Origin: Clostridium butyricum
Lineage (GTDB): Bacteria; Bacillota; Clostridia; Clostridiales; Clostridiaceae
Direction: 5' to 3'
Length of the DNA stretch: 64,000 nucleotides
NCBI GenBank assembly: GCA_015058475.1
Contig: SVCF01000002.1
Span: 13,102-77,101, forward strand
This document shows, one piece after another, positions 1-9,995 of the stretch. A program made the translations under genes and the position numbers. Numbering within the stretch: the first letter of the stretch is position 1; every line of letters starts with the position of its first letter. The notes under the pieces are model-generated. The model saw nothing but the letters and a program-made list of their open reading frames with translations. It had not been told where the DNA came from and searched no databases.

Positions 1-676
1 TTATAGCATCTTTAAGTGAAAAATCATTAAATTTTTGTATACTATTACCTATATATTCTGTGTTTTCATATGCTATTATGCTATTATCTGTTTTATCCAT
101 CAACAACACTTTTCCATTATCAAGGACCTTTGTTTCAGCTATTTCTTTACTTAGCACATCTAAAAAAATATCTGCACAAATTACAGTTCCATCTTTAAGA
201 GTTTTACTTGCAGTAACTATTTGCTTTCCAGTATTTGAATCCTTATAAGTTTGTCCTAGTTCAAATTTTTCTTTATGCTCTTTTCCTTCTTTATACCAAT
301 CTCTTGTTTTTGGATCCACTTCCTGCACATATCCTGTAGAATCCATATATTCTCCATCTAGTGTATATAGGTATATTCCAGTTTCTAATCCAAAACTTCC
401 ATCTAATGATTCTATATAATTTTTATTATAACCATTTTCTTCTATTGACTGTCCTATAGATTCTAATATAGAAAGTTTTCCCCCAACTTCATTTTCTATT
501 GTTTTAACTTTTTCTTCAGTCTTTGCTTTCAAAATTTCTTTACTATAATTTATTATTGAATTTTTGTTTAGATTATATGAAAAAATTAATAATACAACTA
601 CTAAGACTAAAGTTAATGGCAATGTGGCTAATAATAGCTTTTGTTTTAAACTTATTTTTACCTGTTTGTTTTTCAT
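1..676 (-). CDS. Methyl-accepting chemotaxis/Cache-domain sensor protein, N-terminal part (runs off the window's left edge; missing from the ORF track)
   Basis: ATG at 676 after RBS AGGTGGGG; frame open to position 1: MKNKQVKISLKQKLLLATLPLTLVLVVVLLIFSY (TM helix), then dCache-like DPKTRDWYKEG...GQTYKDSNTGKQIVTAS. Confidence 0.75.
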   Translation of the reverse strand, partial: MKNKQVKISLKQKLLLATLPLTLVLVVVLLIFSYNLNKNSIINYSKEILKAKTEEKVKTIENEVGGKLSILESIGQSIEENGYNKNYIESLDGSFGLETGIYLYTLDGEYMDSTGYVQEVDPKTRDWYKEGKEHKEKFELGQTYKDSNTGKQIVTASKTLKDGTVICADIFLDVLSKEIAETKVLDNGKVLLMDKTDNSIIAYENTEYIGNSIQKFNDFSLKDAI

Positions 677-833
677 AATAATCCCCACCTATAATTTTTA
701 TTTTTTATTATTTTAGCTATTTTTTAACATATTATTATATTTATTATCGTTTATTCTACAAAAAACTTTATTTTTTTTAATAATATATGTATTTTTTTAT
801 CCTTATAGTATGTTTTTTATTTTTTTTAAATAA

Positions 834-879
834 AAAAATAAGCAGCTGTTCTACATTAATCAAACAACTGCTTATTTTT
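834..879 (-). terminator. Intrinsic terminator downstream of htpG
   Basis: Inverted repeat aaaaataagcagctgtt / aacaactgcttattttt with A/T tails. Confidence 0.7.
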
Positions 880-894
880 AACAAATATTTCTTA

Positions 895-2829
895 TTATAG
901 TGTAATAACTTTACTTAATAGTTCATTATTTCTCTTTAAGAATTTATCCATTTCATCTGCACTTAATTCTTTGTTTGCTATTTTAGCTAAGTCTAAAATA
1001 TGTTCACAAATAAAGTTAATATCTTCTTTTTTAGACTCATCCTTAGATACTTCTACAAGCTTCTTAACAATGTTATTGTTATTATTTATAACTAATGTCT
1101 TTTCCTCATTAAACATTCCTGCAAAGCCCATTCCAGATTGAGCATACATTTTACTCATTTGAGCCATTCTTCTTGATTCTTCTGAAATTAAAATCATAGC
1201 TGGAGTTTCAGCATTTTTAAGAGATTCAACTGATATCTTAGGAGCATTTTCTCCAAGAGCATTCTTAAACACTTCTTCTATTGTTTTATTTGCTTCTACA
1301 GCTTCAGTATCATTTTCATCAGTTTTTGAGCCTAATGTTTCTGATATATCTGAATCTATTCTCTTAAATTTAACTCCATTTTCATGCATTTCAAGGAATG
1401 TTATGAAATGATCATCTAATGTACAATCTAATATTACTGCATCTAAATCATACTCTTTAAACATCTTGATATATTGTGATTGTTTTAATTCATCATTTGC
1501 ATAGAAAACTTTATTTTCATGCTTTTCTTTATTTGCTTCAAGATAATCTTTTAATGTTACAAATTCACCTTTTAAATTCTTAAATATGATTATATCTTTA
1601 ATCTTATCATAGAATTTTTCATCTCTTAAGCATCCGTACTTAATGAATATTTGAATATCTGGCCAGAATTTATTATATTCTTCTCTACTGTTTTTAAATA
1701 AATCAACAAGCTTATCAGCAACCTTCTTAATTATATGATTAGATATCTTAGCTACATCTCTATCATTTTGAAGGAAACTTCTTGATACGTTTAAAGGTAG
1801 ATCTGGGCAATCAATTACTCCTTTTAATAATAACAAGAATTCTGGAATAACTTCTTTTATATTGTCTGCTACGAATACTTGATTATTAAATAATTTAACC
1901 TGACCTTCTCTTATTTCAACTTCATGAGTTAATTTAGGGAAGTACAAAATTCCCTTTAAGTTAAATGGATAATCAACATTTAAATGAATCCAAAATAATG
2001 GTTCATTAAAGTCCATAAACACTTTTCTATAGAAATCTTTGTATTCCTCGTCTGTACATTCACTTGGCTTCTTCATCCATAGTGGATGTGTATCATTTAA
2101 AGGCTTTGGAGCTTCTGGTTCAACTAATTCTTGATATTCAGTTCCATCTTCCTTTTTCTTAGTTTCATATTTAGGTTCTTCTTTTGGTTTATTTTCATCT
2201 TCTAAATATATTTCTGTCGGTAAGAACGAACAATATTTTGTTATTATTTCTCTTACCTTATATTCTTCTAAAAATTCTTTATCTTCTTCATTTATATATA
2301 ATGTAATTGTAGTACCTCTTGTAGTTCTGTCTTCTGAAGAAGAAATTTCGTAATCTGTACCACCTTCGCAGACCCATTTAACTGCTTCAGCTCCATCTTT
2401 AAAAGATAGTGTATCTATTTGAACTTTTGTAGACACCATAAATGTTGAATAAAAACCAAGACCAAAATGTCCTATTATATCTTTACCTTCATCCATCTTA
2501 TCTTTATATTTTTCAAGGAAATCTGTAGCACCTGAAAAAGCAACTTGATTAATGTATTTTTTAACTTCTTCTTCAGTCATACCAATACCATTATCACTGA
2601 ATTTCAAGATTCCTTTTTCCTTATTAAATGAAACAATAACTTTATATTCTTCATCATTTGATGCTGTAGCTTCTCCAAGTGACACTAATCTTTGAAATTT
2701 ACTAATTGCATCGCATGCATTACTTATAACTTCTCTAATAAATATATCTTTGTCAGAGTATAACCATTTTTTGATTATCGGAAATATATTTTCTGTGTCA
2801 ATTGAAATATTGCCATTTTCTTTTATCAT
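895..2829 (-). CDS. htpG: Hsp90-family chaperone HtpG
   Basis: LYSDKDIFIREVISNACDA, DNGIGMT and IGHFGLGFYS GHKL motifs; LPLNVSRSFLQ; 644 aa. Confidence 0.97.
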   Translation of the reverse strand: MIKENGNISIDTENIFPIIKKWLYSDKDIFIREVISNACDAISKFQRLVSLGEATASNDEEYKVIVSFNKEKGILKFSDNGIGMTEEEVKKYINQVAFSGATDFLEKYKDKMDEGKDIIGHFGLGFYSTFMVSTKVQIDTLSFKDGAEAVKWVCEGGTDYEISSSEDRTTRGTTITLYINEEDKEFLEEYKVREIITKYCSFLPTEIYLEDENKPKEEPKYETKKKEDGTEYQELVEPEAPKPLNDTHPLWMKKPSECTDEEYKDFYRKVFMDFNEPLFWIHLNVDYPFNLKGILYFPKLTHEVEIREGQVKLFNNQVFVADNIKEVIPEFLLLLKGVIDCPDLPLNVSRSFLQNDRDVAKISNHIIKKVADKLVDLFKNSREEYNKFWPDIQIFIKYGCLRDEKFYDKIKDIIIFKNLKGEFVTLKDYLEANKEKHENKVFYANDELKQSQYIKMFKEYDLDAVILDCTLDDHFITFLEMHENGVKFKRIDSDISETLGSKTDENDTEAVEANKTIEEVFKNALGENAPKISVESLKNAETPAMILISEESRRMAQMSKMYAQSGMGFAGMFNEEKTLVINNNNNIVKKLVEVSKDESKKEDINFICEHILDLAKIANKELSADEMDKFLKRNNELLSKVITL

Positions 2830-2864
2830 ATATAACCACTCCTATAATGTTTTTTTTCTAAAGA

Positions 2865-2893
2865 ATATTCTATCGCTAGATGAATTACTTGTC
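2865..2893 (-). promoter_or_regulatory. Sigma-A-type promoter of htpG
   Basis: Minus strand TTGACA-17 nt-TAGAAT. Confidence 0.65.
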
Positions 2894-2945
2894 AAATTAT
2901 AACTATACTATATTTATAACGTTTGTGTATATGTAATCTTTAAAC

Positions 2946-4715
2946 CTATTTCGTTAATATATTTATAAAACATTCAACTATCTTTGGATCAAACTGACTG
3001 CCAGAACATCTTTTTAATTCTTTAATAGCATCTTCTTTTTTTATAGCTTTTTTATAGACTCTATCATGAGTCATTACATCATAAGAATCTGCTACATTTA
3101 TTATCCTTGCTATAATAGGTATCTCTTCTCCTTTTAATCCTAATGGATATCCTGTTCCATCATATTTTTCATGATGTGTTAATACACATTTAGCTACATT
3201 ATCAAGTTCACTAGATGCATTTATTATTCTATATCCCTTTTCTGTATGAGTTTTGATAATTTCAAATTCTTCAGCAGTAAGTTTACCTTTCTTAAGAAGT
3301 ATCTCTTCATTAATTGCAATTTTTCCTATATCGTGAAGTTCTGCTGCTAATATTAATTCATCTAGTTCAGATGTTTCAAGTCCCATTATATTCCCTATAG
3401 ATAATGCATATTCTGTAACTCTTTCAGTATGTTCCTTTGTTTCCAAACTCTTTTCTTCTAAGCTTTTCTTTAAAGACTCCATAATTGAACTTTTTACACT
3501 CTTCTTTTCTAAAAGCTTCTTTCTATAAAGCTTTTCTTCAGCTTTTTTTATATAATCATATATATCATCTTTTAAGTTTTTTTTCACTTCTCTTGCTAAT
3601 GCTATACTTAACTGAATAAATTCATGCTGAGTATTGGTACATTTATTATTTATATCTTCAATAATTTTATCACATTTTTCTTCATTAAAATTAGGCAAAA
3701 GTATAACGAATTCATCTCCCCCCCACCTAAAAACATAGCCTTCTTCTTCACATAGCTCTTTAAGTATGTTAGAAATATTAATAAGAAGTTTATCTCCTTC
3801 TAGATGCCCTAAAGTATCGTTCACTATCTTAAGTCCATTTACATCTCCCATAATAATTCCAAGAGGAAGACTTTCCTTAATATCTAATTCTTTGGATTTT
3901 TCTTCAAAACTATATCTGTTATATAATTTAGTTAATATATCTGTTTCACTTAAATATCTTAAACGATCTTCCATATTTTTTCTTTCAGTTATATCTCTTG
4001 CAACTCCAACTACTCCCCATGTATTTTTATTTTTGTCTACAATCGGAATTTTTACAACCTCTTCTACTATTCTTCCTTTTTTATCCTGCAAGACCTGTTC
4101 ATAATATTTTGCCTTTTGAGAATTCATTATTTCCTGATCTAGTTTTATAAATTTTTCTGCTACTTCTTTATCATGATATATTTCCAAATCTGTTTTTCCT
4201 ATTATGTTAACTATACCTCTCTTATTATAAAACTGTTCAAATTTTTTATTATATCCTATAAATCTACTTTCCTTATCTTTATAAAAGATGGATTCAGGTA
4301 ACGCATCTATTATAGTTCTTAATATATCTTTTTGACTTTCCATTTCTATTTCTTTTACTCTTTTTTCACTTATATCCATAATTAAACCTGCTACAGCTTT
4401 CAGATTATCATTCTTATCTTTTAATGGTACAATCCAACATTCAACTATTGTACCTTTTACAACTCCTTGAACTATATGTATTGAATCCTTATCTATACAT
4501 TCTTTTATTTGCTTATTATATATTTCTGCTAATTCCTTCGGGAATGCTTCCTCATTCGTTTTTCCTATCACTTCGTCCAATTTTACATCATACATTTTTT
4601 CATACATGCTATTAAAATAAATAATTTTCAAATTAGTATCCTCAATCCATACCGCTAATGGTATATTATCTAAAAGCATTTCGTATATTTCTAATGTACT
4701 AGTTAAATCATCCAC
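2946..4715 (-). CDS. PAS-PAS-GGDEF-HD-GYP c-di-GMP cyclase/phosphodiesterase
   Basis: Two PAS-like repeats, DILTKLYNR, RWGGDEF, LHDIGK, HHEKYDGTGYP; GTG start with RBS AAGGAG. Confidence 0.92.
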   Translation of the reverse strand: MDDLTSTLEIYEMLLDNIPLAVWIEDTNLKIIYFNSMYEKMYDVKLDEVIGKTNEEAFPKELAEIYNKQIKECIDKDSIHIVQGVVKGTIVECWIVPLKDKNDNLKAVAGLIMDISEKRVKEIEMESQKDILRTIIDALPESIFYKDKESRFIGYNKKFEQFYNKRGIVNIIGKTDLEIYHDKEVAEKFIKLDQEIMNSQKAKYYEQVLQDKKGRIVEEVVKIPIVDKNKNTWGVVGVARDITERKNMEDRLRYLSETDILTKLYNRYSFEEKSKELDIKESLPLGIIMGDVNGLKIVNDTLGHLEGDKLLINISNILKELCEEEGYVFRWGGDEFVILLPNFNEEKCDKIIEDINNKCTNTQHEFIQLSIALAREVKKNLKDDIYDYIKKAEEKLYRKKLLEKKSVKSSIMESLKKSLEEKSLETKEHTERVTEYALSIGNIMGLETSELDELILAAELHDIGKIAINEEILLKKGKLTAEEFEIIKTHTEKGYRIINASSELDNVAKCVLTHHEKYDGTGYPLGLKGEEIPIIARIINVADSYDVMTHDRVYKKAIKKEDAIKELKRCSGSQFDPKIVECFINILTK

Positions 4716-4990
4716 TTAAAATTCACTCCTTAAATTCATTTATTCTATAATTTATAATTATGGCTCCATATCAACACTCATCTTTTCAAAAATACCTTAC
4801 AAAGATAATGATAGCAAAATTATTACTATTTTAACATAAAAAACATATCTTTAAATATAATTCAAAGATATGTTAATATAAATTTTATTTAGTATATTAA
4901 ATTCATTTTTTAAATTATTGAACTTATAACATGGATAATTAATTTTATGATTTGTATTATAACAACATCAATATATAACATATTTCCTCT

Positions 4991-7024
4991 CTAACTAATT
5001 TCATTATTAATAACATTTTTATATGATATATATGTTGCATATAAATATCCACCATATACAATTACTAATATTAAAGCTGTAATTAACATCGGGTAAATAT
5101 TATTACTCTCTCCTAATGCAAGAAGATAGCTATTTACAGTTTTTATTCCAACATAAGAATGTACTAATGCTAAAGCTAATGGCAATAAAAAGAAAGTTAA
5201 TACTTGTTTAAATATACTTCTATTAATCATTTTCTTACTTGCTCCAATTTTATTTAATGATATATACCTATCTAATGAATCATTACATTCACATAATTGC
5301 TGAAGTGATAATACTGCTGCACTTGCTAAAAGAAATACTATTCCTATATAAATTGCTATAAAAAGAATTATTGATGTCAGTCCTTTATTCGCTGAATAAC
5401 ACATTTCACGAGTATATCCACCTATATAAAAGCCTTCAGTCTCATTATTTCCATTCTTATTCAACGACAATTTATTCATTAAATTTTCTAAATCATATTC
5501 TTTACTATCTCCTATTATATTGAAATTCAAAGCTTCAGAACTCTTATTTTTTCTACTTACAACATTATCTGGAACAATTATAGAAAAAACATTTGCTGAA
5601 ATTGGTGTATTCCCAAAAGATTCCTCAAGTAATTTATCATTCTTTATTTTATATTCTTTATTTTCAATTTTTATTGTTTTATTTTTATCTAAATAATTTT
5701 TAGTCATATCAATTATAGGCGAATAATTACTACTTATGATGACTTCATTTTCATTTAATACTACTGGATCTAAATTTCTTAATTTTCTAAAATTATTGTA
5801 ATCTGATATAGTTATAAAATCTACATGGCTTGCAATAGGATAATCAAGCATTTTGCGTTTTTCATCGTTCTCTGCATAATCATATAATAAGCTTTTTAAA
5901 TCAAAATTTATTGAGTAATTAGAAATAATTGAATATCTCATCTTGTTTAAATCAAGATCATATTTCTTTACACTTTCCTCTAATAAATTAATATTTTTTA
6001 AATTATTTTTAGAATCATCATCACCTTGTAAAAATATTGATACATCTACTGGAGTATTTTGCTCTAATCCTTCTTCCATAGAATTTTTTACACTTAATCC
6101 CGAAGCTAAACTGCCTATAGTAACTAATAGCATTAAGCATATTACACTCATTGAAAAAAAATTGGTATTGAATTTACTTGAAATCTGTTTGATTGTAAAT
6201 GTATTTAATCCATTTAAATATAAATTTTCATTCTTTTGTAACACTAATATCATTAGAGATGAAGCACTATAGAAGAATAGAATTGTCCCGATAATTCCAA
6301 ATGTAATTGATATTTTAAACTGTATTGTATAAAAATCTAATTCAGATATTGTTATGCATTTATATGCAATTCCAATAATAATAACTGATATAAGTAAAAA
6401 TATACTTGATATATATGGATTTCTTATTTTTATCTTTTCAATCTTTTTATTTGCATATAAAAGATCTATTAATTTATATTTTGATATAATAATTATGTTA
6501 AATATCATTACAATTGCATACATTACTCCAAAATATGCTACTGTTTTTACAATTGCCTCAATAGATATGGAAAAAACATATTTAGTCATCTCGACATCAA
6601 ATAATTTTGCTGTAAATACTGATAATACTTGCGCAAAAATAAGCCCTAATATTAAACCAACTCCAAGAGATACTAAACCTATAAATAAAGTTTCAAAGAA
6701 CAATATTATTGACATTGATTTCTTTCTCATTCCAAGAGTCATATAAATTCCAAATTCTTTTTTTCTTCTTTTTATTAAAAAGTTTGTTGAATATATTATT
6801 AAACTACCAAGTATTACAGAAACACCAACTGACAAAATAGACATAAATTGATTCATTAAATCAATATAATCTCTTTGTGTTGAATTCATATCTGCTATCA
6901 TGGTTTGTGAATTAATTGAATTAAAACTATAAAATATACATATAGCAAAGGTTAATGTTAAAAAGTATACTGTATAATCTTTAAAACTCCTTTTTACATT
7001 ACTTACCGCCATTTTAAAGTACAT
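4991..7024 (-). CDS. BceB-type (FtsX family) peptide-antibiotic resistance ABC permease
   Basis: KRRKKEFGIYMTLGM motif, many TM helices and a large extracellular loop; start set at ATG 7024, overlapping the end of the ATPase gene. Confidence 0.9.
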   Translation of the reverse strand: MYFKMAVSNVKRSFKDYTVYFLTLTFAICIFYSFNSINSQTMIADMNSTQRDYIDLMNQFMSILSVGVSVILGSLIIYSTNFLIKRRKKEFGIYMTLGMRKKSMSIILFFETLFIGLVSLGVGLILGLIFAQVLSVFTAKLFDVEMTKYVFSISIEAIVKTVAYFGVMYAIVMIFNIIIISKYKLIDLLYANKKIEKIKIRNPYISSIFLLISVIIIGIAYKCITISELDFYTIQFKISITFGIIGTILFFYSASSLMILVLQKNENLYLNGLNTFTIKQISSKFNTNFFSMSVICLMLLVTIGSLASGLSVKNSMEEGLEQNTPVDVSIFLQGDDDSKNNLKNINLLEESVKKYDLDLNKMRYSIISNYSINFDLKSLLYDYAENDEKRKMLDYPIASHVDFITISDYNNFRKLRNLDPVVLNENEVIISSNYSPIIDMTKNYLDKNKTIKIENKEYKIKNDKLLEESFGNTPISANVFSIIVPDNVVSRKNKSSEALNFNIIGDSKEYDLENLMNKLSLNKNGNNETEGFYIGGYTREMCYSANKGLTSIILFIAIYIGIVFLLASAAVLSLQQLCECNDSLDRYISLNKIGASKKMINRSIFKQVLTFFLLPLALALVHSYVGIKTVNSYLLALGESNNIYPMLITALILVIVYGGYLYATYISYKNVINNEIS

Positions 7025-7781
7025 CTTTACTTTCACCTCCAAGAACAGTTACCACATCCATAATTTTATTAAAAAATTCTTTTCTAGTATCTCCACCTCT
7101 TACAAGTTCATTGAATATCTTTCCATCTTTTATAAATAAAATTCTGTGAGCATAGCTTGCTGTAAATGCATCATGAGTTACCATTAAAATAGTTGCTTCT
7201 AATTCTTTGTTTAATTTTTCAATTGAATTTAATAATAGCTTTGCTGATTTTGAATCTAATGCACCAGTTGGCTCATCAGCTAAGATTAATTTAGGATTAT
7301 TTACTATTGCTCTTGCTGCTGCAACCCTTTGTTTTTGCCCACCAGACATTTGATATGGATATTTATTAAGTACTTCTTTAATATTCAAGTTTTCTGCAGC
7401 TAAATTAACTAATTTCTTTACTTCTTCACCCTTTTTGCCACCAATAGTCAGTGCTAAAGATATATTTTCAAATGCTGTTAGTGTGTCTAACAAATTAAAG
7501 TCTTGAAATATAAAGCCCAGTTTTTTCCTTCTAAAATCTTCTAGTTTTCTTCCCTTTAATCTTGTAATATCATCATTATCAATCATAATGGAACCTGTTG
7601 TTACATTATCTATTGTAGATATGCAGTTAAGAAGTGTTGTTTTACCACTTCCTGATGGCCCCATTATTCCAACAAATTCACCTTTGTCTACTCTAAAACT
7701 TATATTATCAATAGCCTTTGTTACATTATCTTTATTTCCATAATACTTTTCTATATTAGCCACAGTTAAAATACTTTTCAC
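7014..7781 (-). CDS. BceA-type ABC transporter ATP-binding protein
   Basis: GPSGSGKTT, MSGGQKQR, ILADEPTGALDS, MVTHD. Confidence 0.95.
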   Translation of the reverse strand: MKSILTVANIEKYYGNKDNVTKAIDNISFRVDKGEFVGIMGPSGSGKTTLLNCISTIDNVTTGSIMIDNDDITRLKGRKLEDFRRKKLGFIFQDFNLLDTLTAFENISLALTIGGKKGEEVKKLVNLAAENLNIKEVLNKYPYQMSGGQKQRVAAARAIVNNPKLILADEPTGALDSKSAKLLLNSIEKLNKELEATILMVTHDAFTASYAHRILFIKDGKIFNELVRGGDTRKEFFNKIMDVVTVLGGESKDVL

Positions 7782-7869
7782 TTTTTAATTCCTCCTAATT
7801 TTTTTCTAAGTTATAAGTTTATTTTAAACTGTTTGATAAATTTTTCATATTGAAGTATCTTTCATAAAG

Positions 7870-7885
7870 CTTACAATTTTGAAAG
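7870..7885. promoter_or_regulatory. BceR-type response-regulator binding site upstream of the ABC operon
   Basis: CTTACA-attt-TGAAAG, one mismatch from the CTTACA-N4-TGTAAG inverted repeat typical of Bce-like modules. Confidence 0.6.
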
Positions 7886-7916
7886 ATAAGAAAATAAATA
7901 AAGGATGTAGAATCAT

Positions 7917-8053
7917 AGTTTAGTGGATAACAACCGAAATTTAATATATGATAGGCTCGATTGTAGGAAAATTTGAGGCAAAAATTCTTAGCTTCATTTT
8001 TGTAGCAAGCGAGTCAATATGAGAACTTTATTTCGGTTGTTATCCACTAAACT
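7917..8053. mobile_element. MITE-like non-coding element with 24-bp perfect terminal inverted repeats
   Basis: agtttagtggataacaaccgaaat (7917-7940) is the exact reverse complement of 8030-8053; it sits between the arms (7894-7909, 8057-8072) of an outer terminator-like repeat. Confidence 0.6.
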
Positions 8054-8068
8054 TAGTACGTCCTTTAT

Positions 8069-9778
8069 TTATATTGTAAAAATATTAATTTCATTTGATA
8101 ACTTATCACTGATTTTATTTACCTTATCAGCAGATTCATATACATCATCCATTATTTTGTTAAGTTCTGCAGATATTCCAGCAGTTTCTTGAGTACTTGC
8201 TGCATTTTCTTCTGCTATAGAAGTAAGAACTTGTATATCTTCAACAATCTCTTTTCTAGACTTGTCTAAAATCCTAACATTATCTTTTATCTCTTTAACA
8301 CTTTCATTAGTTATGTTAATTCCTTCGCTAAACATATTGAAAGTATTTTGAGTTTTATGTACATTCTTATTTTGAATTTCTATAATATCTTCAACTTTTT
8401 GCATGGTTTCTACAGTATCATTAGAATTATTTATAAGATCTTTTATTATGATTTCTATTTTTTTAGCTGATTCAGTTGATTGATTAGCTAATTGTTGAAT
8501 CTGACTGGCTACAACTGCAAATCCTCTTCCATGTTCTCCAGCTCTAGCTGCCTCTATATTGGCATTTAAAGCCAACAATGTAGTTTCTGATGCTATTTCA
8601 GTAATTAATTCTGTTGCTTTCTTTATATATTCAACTGAATTATTAGTATTTTGAGTTTTTATAGAAATAGTCTTAACGGCACTTTTAGTTCGTTCATTTG
8701 CATCATTCAAAGTATTTAGAATATCTAAAACTTCATTTCTGAGTTTACTCATATTTTCACTATTCTTATTTAATTCTCTAACCTTCTTAACACTCTTTTC
8801 TACCATTTCTCCTATTACTATGACACTCTCTGCTGCTGACTGAGTATTTTCAGCTTGATTAGTAGAACTTTGCGCTACTTCTTCTACCGTCTTTTCAACT
8901 TCTTTTGTCATATTGCTTGATTTATTAGATTTCTCTCTTAAATCTGATGCAAAATCTATTAATGTACTACTTGTATCTTTAATATTCTCTATTATTCCTT
9001 TTATAGAATTTCTAACATTTTCTGTAGCTCGTGCAATATCACCAATCTCATCTTCTCTTTTTAAATCTTTACTATTTATTTTAAAATTTAATATTCCTTT
9101 TGAAACTAATTCTAAATTAACTACACTTCTTCTAAGACTCTTTATAATTAAGCTCATAGAAATTAAAATAAGAAGCATTGAAGCTATACTAACTACAGCA
9201 GTACTTGTGATATTACCTATTATTACTGTTAATATATCAGAATCCTTATCAGCTTTTGGTATACCTGCAAAAAACATTCCTACTACTGCTTGAGTGCTTG
9301 GTTGTTTTATAGGTATATAATATCCATAATATTCTTTACCTGCAATAATAGTGTTTGTACTAAAATACTCCTCATAATTCGTTAAAACTGCTATAATTGC
9401 TTCATCCTCAGCTTCAAATCCTAATAATCTGCTGTTTTTCTCATCTCTCATTGTAGTAGATACTATATCTTTTCCATAAAAAAATGTATATTCTATACCA
9501 GTATTTTGTTTTAAGTAATCTATTTGTTCACTATAATTAGATACTACAAATTTATACCCCTTGCCTAATTTGCCATTTGACATTGCGATATAATCTTCTT
9601 TATTAATCATGTCATATGTTTTTAATGCTGAATGTGCCGCTACTTTTAATTCTCGTTTTGACATATCTTGTATGGTATTTTTAACATTTAATGATGTAAA
9701 ACATCCTAAAGATATTCCTAATACTACTAATGGTACTAATGCTAGTAATAAAATTTTTCCTTTTAATTTAAGTTTCAT
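8069..9778 (-). CDS. Methyl-accepting chemotaxis protein (Cache-type sensor, HAMP, MCP signal)
   Basis: Two TM helices, [37 protein letters not shown]. Confidence 0.95.
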   Translation of the reverse strand: MKLKLKGKILLLALVPLVVLGISLGCFTSLNVKNTIQDMSKRELKVAAHSALKTYDMINKEDYIAMSNGKLGKGYKFVVSNYSEQIDYLKQNTGIEYTFFYGKDIVSTTMRDEKNSRLLGFEAEDEAIIAVLTNYEEYFSTNTIIAGKEYYGYYIPIKQPSTQAVVGMFFAGIPKADKDSDILTVIIGNITSTAVVSIASMLLILISMSLIIKSLRRSVVNLELVSKGILNFKINSKDLKREDEIGDIARATENVRNSIKGIIENIKDTSSTLIDFASDLREKSNKSSNMTKEVEKTVEEVAQSSTNQAENTQSAAESVIVIGEMVEKSVKKVRELNKNSENMSKLRNEVLDILNTLNDANERTKSAVKTISIKTQNTNNSVEYIKKATELITEIASETTLLALNANIEAARAGEHGRGFAVVASQIQQLANQSTESAKKIEIIIKDLINNSNDTVETMQKVEDIIEIQNKNVHKTQNTFNMFSEGINITNESVKEIKDNVRILDKSRKEIVEDIQVLTSIAEENAASTQETAGISAELNKIMDDVYESADKVNKISDKLSNEINIFTI

Positions 9779-9841
9779 GCTGCCTCCTATACTACTCAGT
9801 AATATTTTGTTTATATATAAAAAAATATTACTTCTAATTGT

Positions 9842-9914
9842 AAAAATGGGTGTTTTAAGGCCAATTTGTATCTAAACCCTAAAACACCCTTGTTTTGTAA
9901 TAAATACCCATATT
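9842..9914 (-). promoter_or_regulatory. Leader attenuator with ANTAR-like dual hexaloop hairpins overlapping an intrinsic terminator
   Basis: Minus strand: aat-ATGGGT-att and aaaac-AAGGGT-gtttt (A1/G4 loops); terminator gggtgttttaggg...ccttaaaacaccc-attttt. Confidence 0.5.
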
Positions 9915-9995
9915 ATTATATCTTTTTATCCATTATTTTTCAAGTTTTTATATTTTTTTAATTTTTTCATAAAATATTAAATTTTTATCATATAT

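Noticed and set aside
2830..2945. CIRCE element upstream of htpG
   Set aside because: No TTAGCACTC-N9-GAGTGCTAA found
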